64,000 nucleotides of DNA from Squalus acanthias (taxonomy: Eukaryota): NCBI GenBank assembly GCA_030390025.1, contig JASTWF010000037.1:248001-312000 (forward strand), given 5' to 3'. The translations under genes were made by a program, and so were the position numbers. Shown piece after piece: positions 62,134 through 64,000 of the stretch; within the stretch, counting starts at the first letter, position 1, and each line of letters starts with the position of its first letter. The notes beneath the pieces are model-generated. The model was not told where the DNA came from. It made no database searches and worked only from the letters and a program-made list of their open reading frames with translations.

Positions 62134-62193
62134 CTATAAGAAGGGGTTGGTGGATGTGCTTCCTGCTGCAAATTGTCCGGGCTGGGCTCCAGT
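62134..62193 (-). CDS. AGFG1/AGFG2: ArfGAP with FG repeats (AGFG1/AGFG2 family), last coding exon
   Basis: On -: branch point CTAAC, pyrimidine tract, ccgaag| acceptor, then TGAQPGQFAAGSTSTNPFL TAG TGA. Matches the AGFG C-terminal NPFL end (human AGFG1 from memory: TGAPTGQFPTGSSSTNPFL). Too short for the ORF track. Confidence 0.85.
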   Translation of the reverse strand, partial: TGAQPGQFAAGSTSTNPFL

Positions 62194-62769
62194 CTTCGGA
62201 GAGAGAAGAAGAAAAATATGTTAGAGATTACCCGCTGAGTATCAATGATCTTTCCCCCCCCCCCCCATCTTGCCGGGAGCCAAGGTTCCGCCGGCACCTC
62301 TCCGCTACCTCGCCCCCGCGCGGCCGGCCTCCACCGGGCGGCTGTTTGGCAGCCTATTCGACCGCGGGAGGCACCACGGTGGAAGCGGTTCTGTTCCGGT
62401 CCTCACCCAACACTCACATCTGGCAACAGGGGTCAGTGACCAGGAGAGGGAGACGCTGGTTATTTAACAGCCCACCGCGCACCGCCCCCCCCCCCCCCCC
62501 CCAACTTGCTGAGGCCAAATGTAACCCCACCCGGCTCCATGACCAGGGGGGGGGGGGGGAACAAAACACTTTCCCCTCTGTTCGCCCTGCCCCAGTTTCA
62601 GCATTTAATTCCTGATGGTTGCAGCATTCGGGTCAAGGCACTGCATTCTACTGTTACCCTGACTCGCAGAGTTTTTTTTTCTTAAGTCTCCTAAGTTTAT
62701 ATTTTTGTGACTCAGGTTATTTCCTACTTGTATCTTCTTCGCTGAAACCACCTTCCAAGTTCTAATGTT

Positions 62770-64000
62770 GCATAGTTTAAGGGGAAGCTAGATAAGTGCG
62801 TGAGGGAGAAAGGAATAGAAGGATAGGGTGAGATGAAGAGGGGTGGGAGGAGGCTGGTGTGGAGCATAAACACCAGCACGGACCAGTTGGGCCGAATGGC
62901 CTGTTTCTGTGCTGCACAATCTATGTTAAAGAAAAATGTCAAGAAAGCATTATTATGAGCCCACCTCCTTGTTCCTATTGAGATACAGCCCAATAGTCCT
63001 GTGCCAATCAGGTTTACCCGAAAAGCAGTCTATCTTGCGTATTATCTCCCTGCTTTTCTATGTACAGTGCCGTGGGATCTTTTACGTCCACCCGAGAGGG
63101 CAGACGGGGGCCTCGGTTTAACGTCTCATCCGACAGTGCAGCGCTCCGCTCTGCCAGTACCGGCACTGGGTGCGTCAGCCGGGATTACGGCCTCCTGCCA
63201 CGGGTGCGCAGCCCCACTGAGCCAAGCCAACAGCCCCTCAACTCTCGGGGAGATTACAAAAAAGGGGAAAGGACTCTGGGTCAATGATAACACCGACACA
63301 TTTCCCTCCTGAAACCTCTTGCCATGCTGACCCTGGCTGAGGGAACGGACTGAAAACCGCTCCATGCTCTCCGCTGATCCTGGTCTGTAGTCTGCTGTCA
63401 TGGTCTGATTAGCACCACCACCCCCCACCCACCTCCCCTCCCATTTTCTCCCCGCTCCCTATAAGAGCAGCTCCATAGCAACAAGACTGCAATCAAACCC
63501 ATAATATGGGGAGGCACAAGGCATGAACTTGAGTACGACTAAGTTTGTACTCGGTATGTGGGCGTGCCGGCATTTATTGCCGATCCCTAATAGGGGCCGA
63601 GAAGGTGGTGCTGGGTCACCTACTTGCTTAATTCTCACAGCCGAGTGGTCACTTCGGAGGGCGATAAGGGCAAGGTTCACTCGAATTTTATTTTTGGCTG
63701 CGCAGCCCATTCAAATTGACTAAGGAATAAGGTCAGAGAATGCGGAGTCAGGGGCTAAGTAGCAGAATGGATAGCTGGCTGGCTTCAAAACAGAAAGCAG
63801 AGAGATGGGAGTAAAGGGTAGCTATTCACAGTGGCAGAAGGTAGGAAGTGGTGTTCCATAGAAACATAGAAGATAGGAGCAGGAGTAGGCCATTCGGCCC
63901 CTCGAGCCTGCTCCGCCATTCGATGAGATCATGGCTGATCATCCAAACTCAGTACCCTGTCCCTGCCTTCTCCCCATATCCCTTGATACCTTTAGCTTTA
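62770..64000. mobile_element. Retroelement fragments in the last AGFG intron: CR1 3' (+, 62770-62925), DeuSINE (-, 63065-63230), LINE 3' end (-, 63555-63700), CR1 RT piece (+, 63720-63857), CR1 3' end (-, 63858-64000)
   Basis: Each matches a family seen elsewhere in the window. Confidence 0.75.

Overview
Eukaryotic, repeat-dense DNA. The CR1/L2 LINEs, HE1-type V-SINEs, DeuSINEs and Penelope-like elements point to a cartilaginous fish (shark); this is an inference. Two host genes are visible. (1) A divergent rhomboid protease gene of the RHBDD1/RHBDL4 type on the + strand. Three coding exons (6031-6445, 18535-18664, 38117-38205/38217) splice in frame and keep the catalytic GFSG serine and GHLAG histidine. 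The C-terminal exons are uncertain and I found no UIM or p97-binding motif. (2) The last coding exon (TGAQPGQFAAGSTSTNPFL*) and 3' UTR of an AGFG1/AGFG2-family ArfGAP gene on the - strand, convergent with the rhomboid gene. No COL4A4/COL4A3/MFF-like exons were recognised between them, which suggests a second RHBDD1 ohnolog in the AGFG2/IRS3 paralogon that mammals lack. The introns and downstream region hold large tandem arrays (31, 67, two 44, 49 and 52 bp units); two appear to have arisen from retroelements, and the 31-bp array is a 7.8-kb run of G-quadruplex motifs. Five minimal hammerhead ribozyme motifs sit in Penelope-like element ends. The very long Pro/Tyr-rich ORFs are satellite artefacts. 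Comparisons with human sequences and gene order are from memory, not from a search.
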